Assembly (NCBI RefSeq): GCF_009914755.1
Contig: NC_060925.1
From: the human T2T-CHM13v2.0 reference genome, Homo sapiens
Reading direction: 5' to 3' (one strand)
DNA length: 64,000 bases
Numbering within the stretch: the first letter of the stretch is position 1; every line of letters starts with the position of its first letter. This document shows positions 33,938 through 47,895 of the stretch, one piece after another. Position numbers and translations under genes: made by a program. The notes beneath the pieces are model-generated. The model saw only the letters and a list, made by a program, of their open reading frames with translations. It was not told the DNA's origin and searched no databases.

Positions 33938-36709
33938 TACTATAAACACCTGTATGCAAATAAACTAGAAAATCTAGAAGAAATGGATAAATTCCTGGAC
34001 ACATACATCTTCCCAAAACTAAACCAGGAAGAAGTCAAGTCCCTGAATAGGCCAATAACAAGTTCTGAAATTGAGGGAGTAATTAATAGCCTACCAACCA
34101 AAAAAAGCCCAGGACCAGACTGATTCACAGCAGAATTCTACTAGAGACAAAAAGGGGAGCTGGTACCCTGAAACTATTCCAAACAATAGAAAAAGAGGGA
34201 TTCCTCCCTAACACAATTTATGAGGCCAGCATCATCCTGATACCAAAACCTGGCAGAGACACAACAAAAAAAGAAAATTTCAGGCCAGTATCCAAAATCC
34301 TCAATAAAATGCTGTCAAACCGAGTCCAGCAGCAGCACATCAAAAAGCTTATCTACCACAATCGAGTTGACTTCATCTCTGGGATGGAAGGCTGGGTTCA
34401 ACATGCGCAAATCAATAAATGTTATCCATCACACAAACAGAACCAATGACAGAAACCACATGATTACCTCAATAGATGCAGAAAAGGCCTTCAATAATAT
34501 TCAACAGCCCTTCATGTTAAAAACTCTCAATAAACTAGGTATTGATGGAAAATATCTCAAAATAATAAGAGCTATTTATGACAAATCCATAGCCAATATC
34601 ATACTGAATGGGCAAAAGCTAGAAGCATTCCTTTTGAAATCTGGCACAAGACAAGGATGACCTCTCTCACCACTCCTATTCAACATAGTTTTGGAAGTGC
34701 TGGCCAGGGCAATCAAGCAAAAGAAAGAAATAAAGGGTATTTAAATAGGAAGAGAGGAAGTCAAATTGTCTCTGTTTGCAGATGACATGACTGAATATTT
34801 AGAAAACCCCATAGTCTCAGCCCCAAAATCTCCTTATGCTGATAAGCAATTTCAGCGAAGTCTCAGGATACAAAATCGATGTGCAAAAATAACAAGCATT
34901 CCTATACGCCAATAATAGACAAGCAGAGAGCCAAATTATGAATGCACTCCCATTCAAAATTGCTATAAAGAGAATAAAATACCTCGGAATACAACTTAGA
35001 AGGGACGTAAAGGACCTCTTCAAGAACTACAAACCACTGCTCAAGGAAATAAGAAAGGACACAAACAAATGGAAAAACATTCCATGCTCATGGATAGGAA
35101 GAATCAATATCGTGAAAATGGCCATACTGCCCAAGGTAATGTATAGATTCAATGTTATTCCCATCAAGCTACCATTGACTTTCTTCTCAGAATTAGAAAA
35201 AACTACTTTAAATTGCATATGGAACAAAAAGCCTGTATAGCCAAGAGACTTCTAAGCAAAAAGAACAGAACTGGAGGCATCACGCTACCTGACTCCAAAC
35301 TATACCACAAGCCTACAGTAACCAAAACAGCATGGTACTGGTACCAAAACAGATATATAGACCAATGGAACAGAACAGAGACCTCAGAAATAACACCACA
35401 CATCTACAACCATCTGATCTTCGACAAACCTGCCAAAAACAAGAAATGGGGAAAGGATTCCCTATTTAATAAATGGTGCTGGGAAAACTAGCTAGCCGTA
35501 TGTGGAAAGCAGAAACTGGACCCCTTCCTTACATCTTATACAAAAATTAACTCAAGATGGATTAAATACTTAAATGTTAAACCCAAAACCATAAAAACCC
35601 TAGAAGAAAACCTAGGTAATACTATTCAGGACATAGGCATGAGCAAAGAATTCATGACTAAAACAACAAAAGCAACTGCAACAAAAGGCAAAATTGACAA
35701 ATGGGATCGAATTAAACTAAAGAGCTTCTGCACAGCAAAAGAAACTATCAGGGTAAACAGGCAACCTCAGAATGGGAGAAAATTTTTGCAATCTACCCAT
35801 CTGACAAAGGTCTAATATCCAGAATCTACAAGCAACTTAAATTTACAAGAAAAAAACAACACCATCAAAACATGGGCGAGGGAAATGGACAGATACTTCT
35901 CAAAAGAAGACATATATGCAGCCAACAAACATATGGAAAAAAAGCTCATCATCACTGGTTATTAGAGAAATGCAAATCAAAACCACAATGAGATACCATC
36001 TCATACCAGTTAGAACTGTGATTATTAAAAAGTCAGGAAACAGATGCTGGCAAGGCCGTGGAGAAATAGGAATGCTTTTACACTGTGGGTAGGGGTGTAA
36101 ATTAATTCCACCATTGTGGAAGACAGTGTGGTGATTCCTCAAGGATATAGAATCAGAAATACCATTGGCCCCAGCAATCCCATTACTGGGTATATATCCA
36201 AAGGAATATAAATCATTCTACTATAAAGACACATGCACATATATGTTTATTGCATCACTATTTACAATAGCAAAGACTTGGAACCAACACAAATGCCCAT
36301 CAATGATAGACTGGATAAAGAAAATGTGGCACATGTGCACCATGGAATACTATGTAGACATAAAAAAGAATGAGTTCATGTCCTTTGCAGGGACACAGAT
36401 GAAGCTGGAAGCCATCATTCTCAGCAAACTAACATAAGAACAGAATACCAAACAACCCATGTTCTCACTCATAAGGGGGAGTTGAATAATGAGAACACAT
36501 AGACACAGGGAGGGGAACATCACACACCAAGTCCTGTTAGGGATTGGGGGGCAAAGGGAGGCAGAGCATTAGGACAAATACCTAATGCATGCAGAGCTTA
36601 AAACCTGGATGACAGGTTGATAGGTGCAGCAAACCACCATGGCACATTTATGCCTTTGTAACAAACCTGCACATGTATCCCAGAACTTAAAGTAAAATAA
36701 AATAAAAAA
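33938..36709 (+). mobile_element. Second 5'-truncated primate L1PA (somewhat older)
   Basis: ORF2 RT fragments and 3' UTR; TSD aaaagaagtt(t/a)tctta at 33922-33937 and 36706-36721. Confidence 0.95.
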
Positions 36710-38877
36710 GAAGTTATCTTAGTATAAAAAAGGAGAAAAGGTTGTGTTTTTTTGTGAGTGTTGAAAAAGCATAATGAGTAAAGTATTAGGGAAATGAGTG
36801 CATTGAGGAGGAGGATGGGGAAGGTAGTTAAATATAAACCTGGTTTTATTTGCAAAGCTTTAATCTTGATAAACGGGACCTTCTTAAAGCAAATATCTTA
36901 TATAGGGAGCTCATATTTGGGTTTCAAAATCTAGGTTATAGTCCAAACGATTTCAAATCTGAGAGAAACTTTTTTTAGAGTCCATTGTACTTAGTGTTAA
37001 TATGACAACAAACCACAAAATATTAAGAAGCCAGTAATTATGAAGAAAAAATAGGTAATTATTCAAACCAAGACTTAATAACTGAAAATGTATAAATAAG
37101 TTTGTTAGATCTTTGAGGGCTCTGCCAGGGACTATTCTTTGCAGTAGCTAAAACTTCCTTTTCTATAAATGATTAACAAGAAATATTTGTTTAATTGACT
37201 TGAAAAACTCCAAACATGCTATGTTCACTTTTAAGAAAGATGATTATTAGAAAGTTAATTTATGCTAAATGAAGTATAAATAAGAACTAGATTGCACATA
37301 TGTTTGAATCTTGATATCTTTGCCATCTATTCTGTGAATTGGATTAAGGTGTTCTACCCCCAGAACAGAAAGATGCTGTTTTCCAAAATAGCAGGAAAGA
37401 AATTAGATTAATAAAAATAATTTTCTCTATTTACGTTTTTTTGCATTAATTGTTCTGAAACATTTGCCTTCTATTGCCATTTGCTTATGATAGAATCTTG
37501 TGCAAGAACATAACAATTTTGTAAAAATGCAGTTGTTACACCTTGCAGAATACACAATCTTGAGCTCATTGTCACAGAGTAGCTAACAAAATCATGCCTT
37601 AGAGAAACAGTATTTATGATATGAGCCTTTGCCTGAAGGAAAATGATTTTTAGAGGCTGTAAAATCTACCTTTGGCTTAAGCCAGACCAGCAAAGAGCCC
37701 CTGCACATGGACCACACAGCAGTGGCCTCTGAAGACTTGTTTTTACTGAACTGTGCTTTGGTGGGAAGTCCTCAGCACCTTCTGCACAGAAAGCAGCCTA
37801 TATAATGTGCTCTTGTTAGAGGCATTCTGCTCATTACATAGTGACCTCTTTCTGCGGACCTTTGGGAGAAGTTTATTTTTAACTTCAGTCTCAATAAAAG
37901 TGTGCTCCTTTTGTACATTTTTTGGGGACACCATATGGTATAACTGATAAGGTTTTTTTGTGCATTGGCTGTTTAAAAAGTTCACTTAAACCCAAGTTCA
38001 CCCATAGCAAGGTCGATAGCTTTATGATATGCATTTTCCTGTTAGCTTTTCTCTGCTTCCTGTTTATGTTTCTACCTCCGGTTTTGCTTTCTTCCCTACT
38101 TCTAACATATGTCATCTAGTAGTATTTTTTATTTTTTTTAAGCAGCCTTAAGTCTTGGGGGGACAAGATGAGAGAGAAATATATTCATTCACACATGCCT
38201 AAAAATATGTTGTATTTAGTCATTTGGGTTTTATTTTCTGCCAAGAACATTGTGTTTCACAATTATTTTGCCACCTGAAGAAATATGATAACTTTTTATT
38301 TAAAATTCTAGCTGCTAGGAGTGCAGAGAAGATTATTCATAATGCTGGCAAATATGAAACCACACTATCATCACCAGCCAATAATTTTTAATAACCTACT
38401 TTGTGTATTGCAGAGAAGTACAGTTTTCACAATATCTACTATAACCTAGCATGCTGACTGTTCTTTCTAGTTTATTTTCTGGCACAATTTATTTACCTCT
38501 CCCATTTAAACTCCTTCATTGGCAACTAATTGATTTTTTTTTTGGAGAGAAAATTTTTACTTGATTTTATTTAAATCTTCAAATTTGTGGATAGTTTGAT
38601 AATTTCTGAATCCTATACTAGGCCTGTGGGCTCAGGATGTAAACTAATGCCAATAGTCCCTACCCCTGAGAAAAACATAATTAGGTCAGTTAAACCCACT
38701 GAAAAAAGTCCATGCAAGCTGTTCAATTATTTGTTTAGCCTGAATAATTAAAGCTTGACCTCTATGTGAATGTCTTCAGAACTCTGGCTAAGTACAGTTG
38801 AACCAGACATGCCACCTACTGGGAAGAGCATCAAGTATGGGTAGAAAATAGAGCTGCAATAAAAAGTAATGAGCAGT

Positions 38878-38978
38878 GGATGGTGGTGATGGCTGCACAA
38901 CAATGAGAATGTACTTAATGCCGCTGAATTGTACACTTAAAGAGTAACTTTTATGTGTATTTTACTACAATTTCTAAA
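38878..38978 (+). mobile_element. ~100-bp L1MB-type 3' tip
   Basis: ggatggtggtgatggctgcacaacaat...gccgctgaattgtacacttaaa; TSD gtaatgagcagt at 38866-38877 and 38982-38993. Confidence 0.75.
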
Positions 38979-41216
38979 GAGGTAATGAGCAGTATTAAAA
39001 AGCATTAGAGAATAGTAGAAATTAATATTAGTAATTAATACCATTATATTCATAGTATATCATATTTTCATTATAATGCTAATAATAAATACTGATAGAA
39101 TGCTTACTATGTACCAATACTATTGCAATCATAGAATTATAGCCTTTGTCACTATTTCTCCCAGTCTATTCATAAAAGAAAAGCTTTTTAAACATTTTTA
39201 CTTGTCACATCTGTAAACAAGGTTGCCACATTCCAGACTTTCAGAAAGTCTTTTTAATCAGCAGGAAGGAACTTCAATACAAGGTGGAGATAACTAAGAC
39301 GGTAAAGCCATTACCAAATTTCCTGTCAATAAAAAGCAGGTGGGGTATGAAATTAACTGCACACCATTCCTAAGACATTGAGAAGCTTCTTCTAAGTGTA
39401 AAACATGAAAGTACAGATGAGGTAGAAGTGGTTTAGATGTGGACCAGTGGTAAAAATAAAACCATCGCATAAGAACTTTGAACTCTTGTCATTGTCCAAA
39501 CATCCTCAATGATTGTCTCATCTCTCCATTAGTCAATTTCTCACATACAACATACTTTTACCCGTCTTCTCCCCACTCCAGTGTCATTCTCCTATCACCC
39601 TAAGCAAGTCAGAATCCTGTTCCTCATGGGCGTCTTCTATAATATTTCCAAAGGTGACCCACTTTTAATCTGGTCACTACCATCTGTAATTCACGATTTG
39701 GAGATTAGGGATATGTATTGTATCTGTTTTTGTGTCTTTCCCCACCCTCACATCATCAGTTCTACCCAGGTAATTCTTATTTGTTTTGACCTTGCACATA
39801 CACTGGATTTATGGGCATGGTACAGGAGATGGAGGGAGGTGGATAAGTCATTATTAGACTATATAGAGAGGGTAGGGAAAATGAGTAGGTATGTCAGAGA
39901 AAGCTTAACTGGGCCCTGAATTTGAGCATAAAGCTCTTATTTATCCTGGTTTTTATTGATCCTTATCCCAGTCCTCTCTTCTTTGGAGTTCTGCACAGGT
40001 TGCCTTCATACACATCTAATATCAGATGACCTAGGTTAAATCATCTCCAAAAGTTTTCACAGTCTGATTCCATCCCACAAGGCTACTCATCTAATTGTCT
40101 TTTTCTTTACTACTCAGGGTGTAATCTGTTAGGCTTAATAGGCTCATAGTGTCTATTTGCTTCTTATGTTTGTCTTCTCTATGCAACTAGATGATGTATT
40201 TGAATAAGCCAGAGAAGTGTCTTTTATTTCCTTTATATACTCTCCCCTACAATGCCTGTCATAGTGGTTTGCTGTGTCGATAGAATGAGCTTAATACTTT
40301 TTAAAAAATTAAAATGATGGTACATGTAGAGAGGTTAATATCAAGTTTTCTTTACATGTACCAAATGCAAAATACATGTATATGTTTTGGTGGGGACAGT
40401 TCATACAAGCCAGAGATAATAAAATCTTAAAGCTCTGTAGTCTCTCCCAACAATTTAAGTACTTGGATATGAAAAACCTTGTTATCTGGGCATTGACCAT
40501 GTAAATATTATTCCACACATAATCATTTTGTCTTTGTCTACAGCTTTCCCTATCTCTAGGCTATGAGAATATATGAACTTGGGAGAATTAGGCATTCAGA
40601 ATTTTCCATAAAATACTTCTCCATTAGGAAATATAAAACAAGAAAAATGCTAACATGGAGCTATCAGATATTTTTAAGTATGTGTTAGGCCCACTGCATT
40701 GGGGCATGTGCCAATATTTCGTAAAACCAAAATTCACTGCCTAGTAAATTGTTCCTTCCTGGTCTGTCCAGAGAAGTAAATGGTGAAATATTCATGGCTC
40801 TTGGGAACATCCAAGCTATTTGGCAAGAGCTTTTCCCTGGGTTTGCCAAAATGGCCCTGAACTCAAAATATGGTGTTTATTCAAAATGATTATAAAAATG
40901 GCATGAAGTTTGTTATTTCTTTTAATAACTTGAAAGAATTCTGGAGAAATAATTTCATGTTTCTTCTAGTCCTTTCATATTTTTGATACATTCACAGCTA
41001 TTCTTTTCCAAATTGCAATTAGAATGACTAATAATGTTTAGAATTTTATCTGTTGGTTTCTCTTAAGTCATGATTCTACCGTGAGTCATTTAACTTCTTT
41101 CCAAAGCACCCAGTTGTAACAAACAGTGGATTATGTCACTGGAGACGTACTATGTAGTCAAACTTGTAATTTCATCTAAGTGAGTTCAGAGAGAGAAATA
41201 AAAAGTGGGTATCTTT

Positions 41217-41222
41217 TTTATT
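41217..41222 (-). terminator. F5: Distal F5 polyadenylation signal AATAAA (long 3' UTR of ~2.35 kb)
   Basis: tttatt on + strand, with a U/UC-rich element downstream on the minus strand; position agrees with my recollection of the long F5 transcript end. Confidence 0.6.
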
Positions 41223-41655
41223 TCAAAATAAGAGGGGTTTTAATATTTCTACACAGCATTAGATAATAGCCCAAACATATTATTGATCCCCAAACAAGTA
41301 TTTTCCAGATCAATTAATAGTCATTATCAATTAATATTCATGTCTACCTGTCTGAGCAATGGATTAGAAACATTATAAGTTTCATTTTATGGAAGAGAAA
41401 GCAGACTAAAAGTCTAGGGATATGATCATTTGGTTTCTGGTTTCAGTTCTGACACTAACAAGCAATATCCTTGGGCAAGTTGTTTAATCTTTGGGGCCTT
41501 ATTTTTCTCAAGTAGAGAATAACGAAGCTGGATCTCATGCTCCATTCCCATCTCTTCCCTACCCCCCATTATTTCATAAGATTTTCTTGCCCCTATTATG
41601 CCTTAGTAAATTCTAGATCAAGAGAGATCCTGCCCAATTTCAGAGTAGAGAAGCC

Positions 41656-41832
41656 CAGGACTAGCTGCGTAATTTGTGGGGCTCATTGAAAAATGGAAAT
41701 GTCGAATTCCTTCTTAAAAAATAAAGGATTTCAAGAGGGTAACTGCAAAGCATTAAATTTAGCATGCGGTCCTTCTGAGCATGTGACCCTTTGCAACTGA
41801 ACAGATCACACACATCCAAGAAGCTGGCCCTG
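41656..41832. mobile_element. MER91-like DNA element in the F5 long 3' UTR
   Basis: cagg.ctagct...aatttgtggggc...gaagctggccctg termini. Confidence 0.5.
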
Positions 41833-42048
41833 TAGAAAACAAAGAAATGTTTTCCCCCACCTTCCAACATTCTCTTTTGCTCTTAACGGAATGGAAATCT
41901 TAGAAATGTTGATGGGACAATGACATGAATCATGAAAAGAAAGGAATAGTGGGAATACGAATATTAGAAAGCCAATGTTTTGTGGATGTTTGAAACTCTC
42001 ATATACATTCATAGGGCTTACCCCACTGGTATGGGCAACAGGTAACTC

Positions 42049-42550
42049 TGGTAGTTTCTAAAGATGCTCCCAGTGAATTATGCCTCCTGGTATGTGGTCC
42101 TTATGCAGTTCCCTTCTACACTGAATCGAGACTGGCCTGTAATTTGTGTTCACAACGAATAGAATGCAGCAAAAGCAAAGCCCTGTCTCCTAGAGATTCT
42201 GGTATGTTGTCTCTTTGTTCTCATTGGTTTTAAGGAACTTATTTATTTCTGCCTTAATTTCATTATTTACCCAGTAGTCATTCAGGAGCAGGTTGTTCAG
42301 TTTCCATGTAGTTGTGTGGTTTCGAGTGAGTTTCTTAGTCCTCAGTTCTAATTTGATTTCTCTGTGGTCTGAGAGATTGTTATGAATTTCGTTGATAAAA
42401 TTTTATATATTTATGGTATACATAACATTTTGATATATGTACACATTACAGGATGATTAAATCAAGCTAAGTAACAAATCCATAATCTCACATAAATTTT
42501 TTTTGGTTGCTCTTTTAACACTAAGTTTTGGGGTGGTTTATTTCAGACAC
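42049..42550. mobile_element. Composite of MLT1-like LTR ends flanking an L1PA ORF2 fragment (42188-42390, minus) and an L1MA-like 3' fragment (minus)
   Basis: MLT1 5' text at 42049-42180 and 3' text (actaagttttggggtggttt) at ~42505-42550; the central fragment is the reverse complement of L1 endonuclease-region sequence. Confidence 0.65.
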
Positions 42551-43426
42551 CCCAAATGACTGTCTATCTCATGTGATTTTAAGGATGTCTAAAGGTTCCC
42601 CAGTTGTGCAATATCTACAGGATCACTGAATGCCAAGTCCCCAGGGAAAGGAATGATGAAAGGGGAAGTTGCTGGAAGAAGAGAGAGGAGGAAGTTGAGG
42701 CCATAGAGAGGAAGGCCCTGAAAGAAAACTTTAACTGCTTGCCAGTTTGGCCAGAGGTCTCTTTGAGCAGGAACAACTGCATTTAGACCAGCAGTTCCCA
42801 TGCTCTGTTTTACAGGTCTGAGCTTTCCAGTAGGTGAAATTATGTTTTGAAACTGTGTGCCATGTAGTACCAGCTAGAATAAAGCCAACATTACACATTC
42901 AGTTCTACCATGGTTATTTCAGTTCTGTTCCATATCTAATGACCACCAACCTTGAATATCAATGTGTGCAGTCCTTAGGGAGACCAGGACGGATTCACAA
43001 TTTCAATGGGGCTACTGGAAAGATGCTTGGCTGTTTTTTTACTCATGGAAAGTCAGAAAAATCATTGTTATATGGGAAAGACAGGATATTTTAAGTACTT
43101 ATTTCATTTGATAATATTGTTTTTCTCTTCACTCAAGAAAAACCATTAAAAAATCATGTGTTTGTGAAAGTTATCCAGGTCTATCAATTATTATTTAAAG
43201 TAATATCTGTTTTACTAGTGTGTAAAGGATTTAAAAGAGTTATAATGAAGCATTTTAACTACATAAATATTACTTCATAGCATTTTCAATCATTAAGAAA
43301 GATAAGCCCTTTTCTTGTTGGTTCTTGATATTTTCCTACCTGTATTCAAATTAATGCAGAAGTAATAGCCATTATCTTACTTACTGGTAGCAAGGAGTTA
43401 CATTATAAAAGCTTCTTGTATAAAAT

Positions 43427-43432
43427 TTTATT
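43427..43432 (-). terminator. F5: Proximal F5 polyadenylation signal AATAAA
   Basis: tttatt on + strand, ~130 nt after the stop codon. Confidence 0.75.
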
Positions 43433-43559
43433 CACTAATAGAAAAGAAAGAGAAATAGTGGAAAACTGTTAACATTTAACACAGCGTAAAATACATTGCC
43501 CATTCTAAATGGTTTGAGGTCTTAAAGAGTCTCTTCCAGGGGTTTTTGAATGTTCAATT

Positions 43560-43921
<362 letters not shown>

Positions 43922-44657
43922 CAGAAAATTTTTTATCCTATTAGCTCAAAATGAGCATATCAAAGAACACATAGAACACTCTCACAGAGATGATCCTCTA
44001 TCAGTTATGAAATCACATGCCAGATAGATTTCATCTCACCAGTGATCTGACTTAAATTAGTGAAAAATAAACAAGTCTCACATGGTGCTGTGGAGCAGCT
44101 GCAAAACCATTTCTGCCTTCAGCCCGTCTGTATTAGCTGTATGACTGAACAAGTTACTTATTCTCTGATTCTTCATTTCCTCATTGGCAAAATAAGGATA
44201 ATAACATTTTACCTCACAGAAGTCATTGTAAATATTTAAAAATGTATGTCAACGTAAGTGCATAGTAAGTGCCAGGAAGTGGCCACCAATAAATGTTTGA
44301 CTATTGCTAACATTTAAAATGTGACCATGCATTTTAATTTATTTATTCTTGTTGGCATGTACCTTATATCCTCAACTAAAGTGTATAACTTTCCCCCTTC
44401 CATCATCAGCAAGTTCCCCAAGGTTTACACACACCAGAAATAAAATCACTCTTTTTTTTTATGACAATGATATTTATCCTCCTATGAGGGCAACCTGGTG
44501 TAGTGAGAAATAAAACAAACCAAAACAGACAACCAGGAGTTTGTCTGAGACCAGGCACCTTAAGAACTAAGATTTAGAAGACTTAAAGAGGTGGTACATG
44601 TCACTGCATATTTGTCAAATGCAAAATACTGTTATTCTCATTATAGCACAGTCTTCA

Positions 44658-44873
<216 letters not shown>

Positions 44874-47195
44874 CTATGAAAATGACAAAAACACATAGAT
44901 AAGGAAGATGTTAAAACCTTTGCTTTTTTTTTAGACCAAGTTATGCAAAAAAGCACAGAGCTCAAAAGGATTTTGTTCTATCTTATCCCTTAGGATTCAC
45001 AGTCTCCTAGAAGCTTTCCCTCTTTCTTCTTCATTGCCACAATATGTGTGTAAATTTTTATTGAAGTATTTCACACATTGTACTATAATTGTTTCCTTCT
45101 TAGCATTCCTTACTGCTTAAGGGTAGAGGCTTATTTCATTTTGTTTCCTGGTACTCACCACAATGTTAAGACACTCAGTTGGTGTTCAATAAATAGTTGT
45201 TGAATAAATGAATGAATAAATGAGCTTTATTTGGAAAAATAATTAAACTGCTAAATTATCTGTGAATATTATTTTCTTAAGCAAATTTCTTTAAATACTC
45301 TGGTAATATTGCTGCAGGGTTATCTGGGAAATAATTGGATAGCATTCTCTCTCTATTTCACCTGTTTTACAAAACACAACTTCTCTTTCCCCCTGTTAAT
45401 GTCAAAGATCAGAAATAGTTCAATTTCTTCTAATATTTCAAATAAATGTAACATTTGAGAGACCTGATAAAACCATAAGTAGAGCTTGATACACAGTACA
45501 GTTATTGTCCTGTCTCTGGCCTAACAAAATGCCTAATCACATGGTTGGTGATATGTGTTTGGAGAAAGATCAGAAGGTCTAAACTGAGTTTTAGAGTCAT
45601 CTAAGATAAATTTTTACCTTTGGGAGATTTATCGTCTACCATAACCTCATTCAATTCTAAAGGAAATAATATTGATATGTTTCTTCAACATCACCCACAC
45701 ATACATAAGTGTATGTGTATATATAGGTGTATGTGTATATATGTGTATACACAAAAATTCACATGCTATATGTATTTTAAAAGCAAATTAACTGAATTAG
45801 AATGATTATATGAGAAAACTTTTAAGTCTATAACATCCTCTAGTGACATCTGGGTGGTATCTTAGTGAGTCTTCATATCAAGGTTGTACCAGTGATGCAG
45901 AGTATAACCAGCTAGAGGTTTTCACAGGCATAAAAGAGGTAGAGACATTTTAGTTATGGAGAGAACAGCATCTATGTGCATCACTGCATATGTCCAGCTT
46001 TGATTTTCAACCTCTCTAAAGAGACCATATAAAGACATTTCATGTGAATGGAAGGGGGTTAAGTAAAACACATATTTCTGATCCCGAATTCTAACTTTGA
46101 AATGACACCATTAAAAATTAGCATTTTATCTTTGAGGCCCTTGTTATATCACAAAGACTAAGAGCAAATTATAGAGAGTGCAAATTTTTTTAAAAGATTG
46201 TAAAATGAAGTATGGAGTGACAAGGTTATACCATGAACAAGTCTAAAGAGTCATCTGAAAAAGAATTGGATAACATCTCTTTAATTATTATTTATATTGC
46301 TATGTAAATTATATAAATGTAATATAACACTATTTTTATTATTTTAACTTCTCTGGGTGTCAGCTTTGCCCTCTGCAAAATTGCAAAATGAGGTATTTGG
46401 GCTGCTTCAAATGGTGGAAGGAGCATGGCCTGTTTACTGGGAGAATGGGATTCTAGTCCTGATTCTGCTACCAAACTAAGCTAAAATTATTTAATCTCCT
46501 GTGTATTTAGAATTAAAAGGAAAAATCTAGACCAGATGCTTTGCTCCTTGCTACTGTAACATTCTGTGATTCCATATTGGGCCAGAATGAGTTTCAAGAC
46601 ACAGATATCAGTTCCCAAGACTGTGTGGAATCCAATCTTTTCTATTTACCCCACCAGCACCACAATTCTTTTTTCCTTTCTAGTGGCCTAATTTAAGGAT
46701 AGGCCCTGGAATTCTATAGAAAGCCAGGAAATTGGAGTGTAGGTATCTTAAGGGAGGGAGATATGAGGATAGAAATTAGGGAATTTGGATTTAGTTGGCT
46801 GAAGGGATCATCAAGTTATTCATGCCATTCTGATATCTCAGGTCATTTAAAGAATTAATAAAAATGAGTCAAATATTAAGAGTTACCCCCAAATTAAATC
46901 ACCTGAATTACTCAGTGGGCTAATATCAGGGACAGTATAACTCTCTGGAAGGTGTTTGTTTAACTTAGATCACTGATTTTATAACTCTGGTTTTGCAACA
47001 TTTTACTATGCTTCTAGTTGCCTCAAGGAATATCACAAAGCTCTTAAAATAAGGAGGGCGGGGAAGAGAACAAAAAAGTTTAGATGACATTTCATTTAGG
47101 AAAATGAAAAAATATTGCTAAATTGTAAAGAAAAAATAAGAGATGATGTTGCAAATCTAAATCATTTTTTTATCACTAATGTAAGCTGTCTAAAT

Positions 47196-47405
47196 GAGGA
47201 GTTGGCAAACTATGATCCATGGGCCAAATTTGGCCCGCTGCCTGTTTTTTGTAAACAAAGTTTTATTAGAACACAGCCAGCTCATTCATTTACATATTGT
47301 TTATGGCTACTTTACTGCTACAATGGCAGAGTTGAGTAGTTATGGCAGAGAATGTATGGCCCACAAAGACTAAAATATTTACCATCTATCCCTTTGCAGA
47401 AAAAT
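47196..47405. mobile_element. MER58A-like hAT element
   Basis: ggagttggcaaactat...gggccaaatttggcccgctgcctgttttttgtaaa...ccctttgcagaaaa. Confidence 0.8.
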
Positions 47406-47628
47406 TAATTTGCTTATTATTGGTTTAAATCAAGACTAGACCAAAAACCACAGAGATGATAAATGACTTCTCTCTGAGACAAAGTTATAGTCAAAGCTAT
47501 CAAGTCCACAGACATCCTGGACTCTTGGACCTAGGATTTTAATCTGCAGAAACAGATTAAAATACTCCTGCTTCCCAGATCCTCCATGTTTGTGGTAGTG
47601 AGGGCCTTTGCTTTCTTCTGGAGCCCTA

Positions 47629-47895
<267 letters not shown>

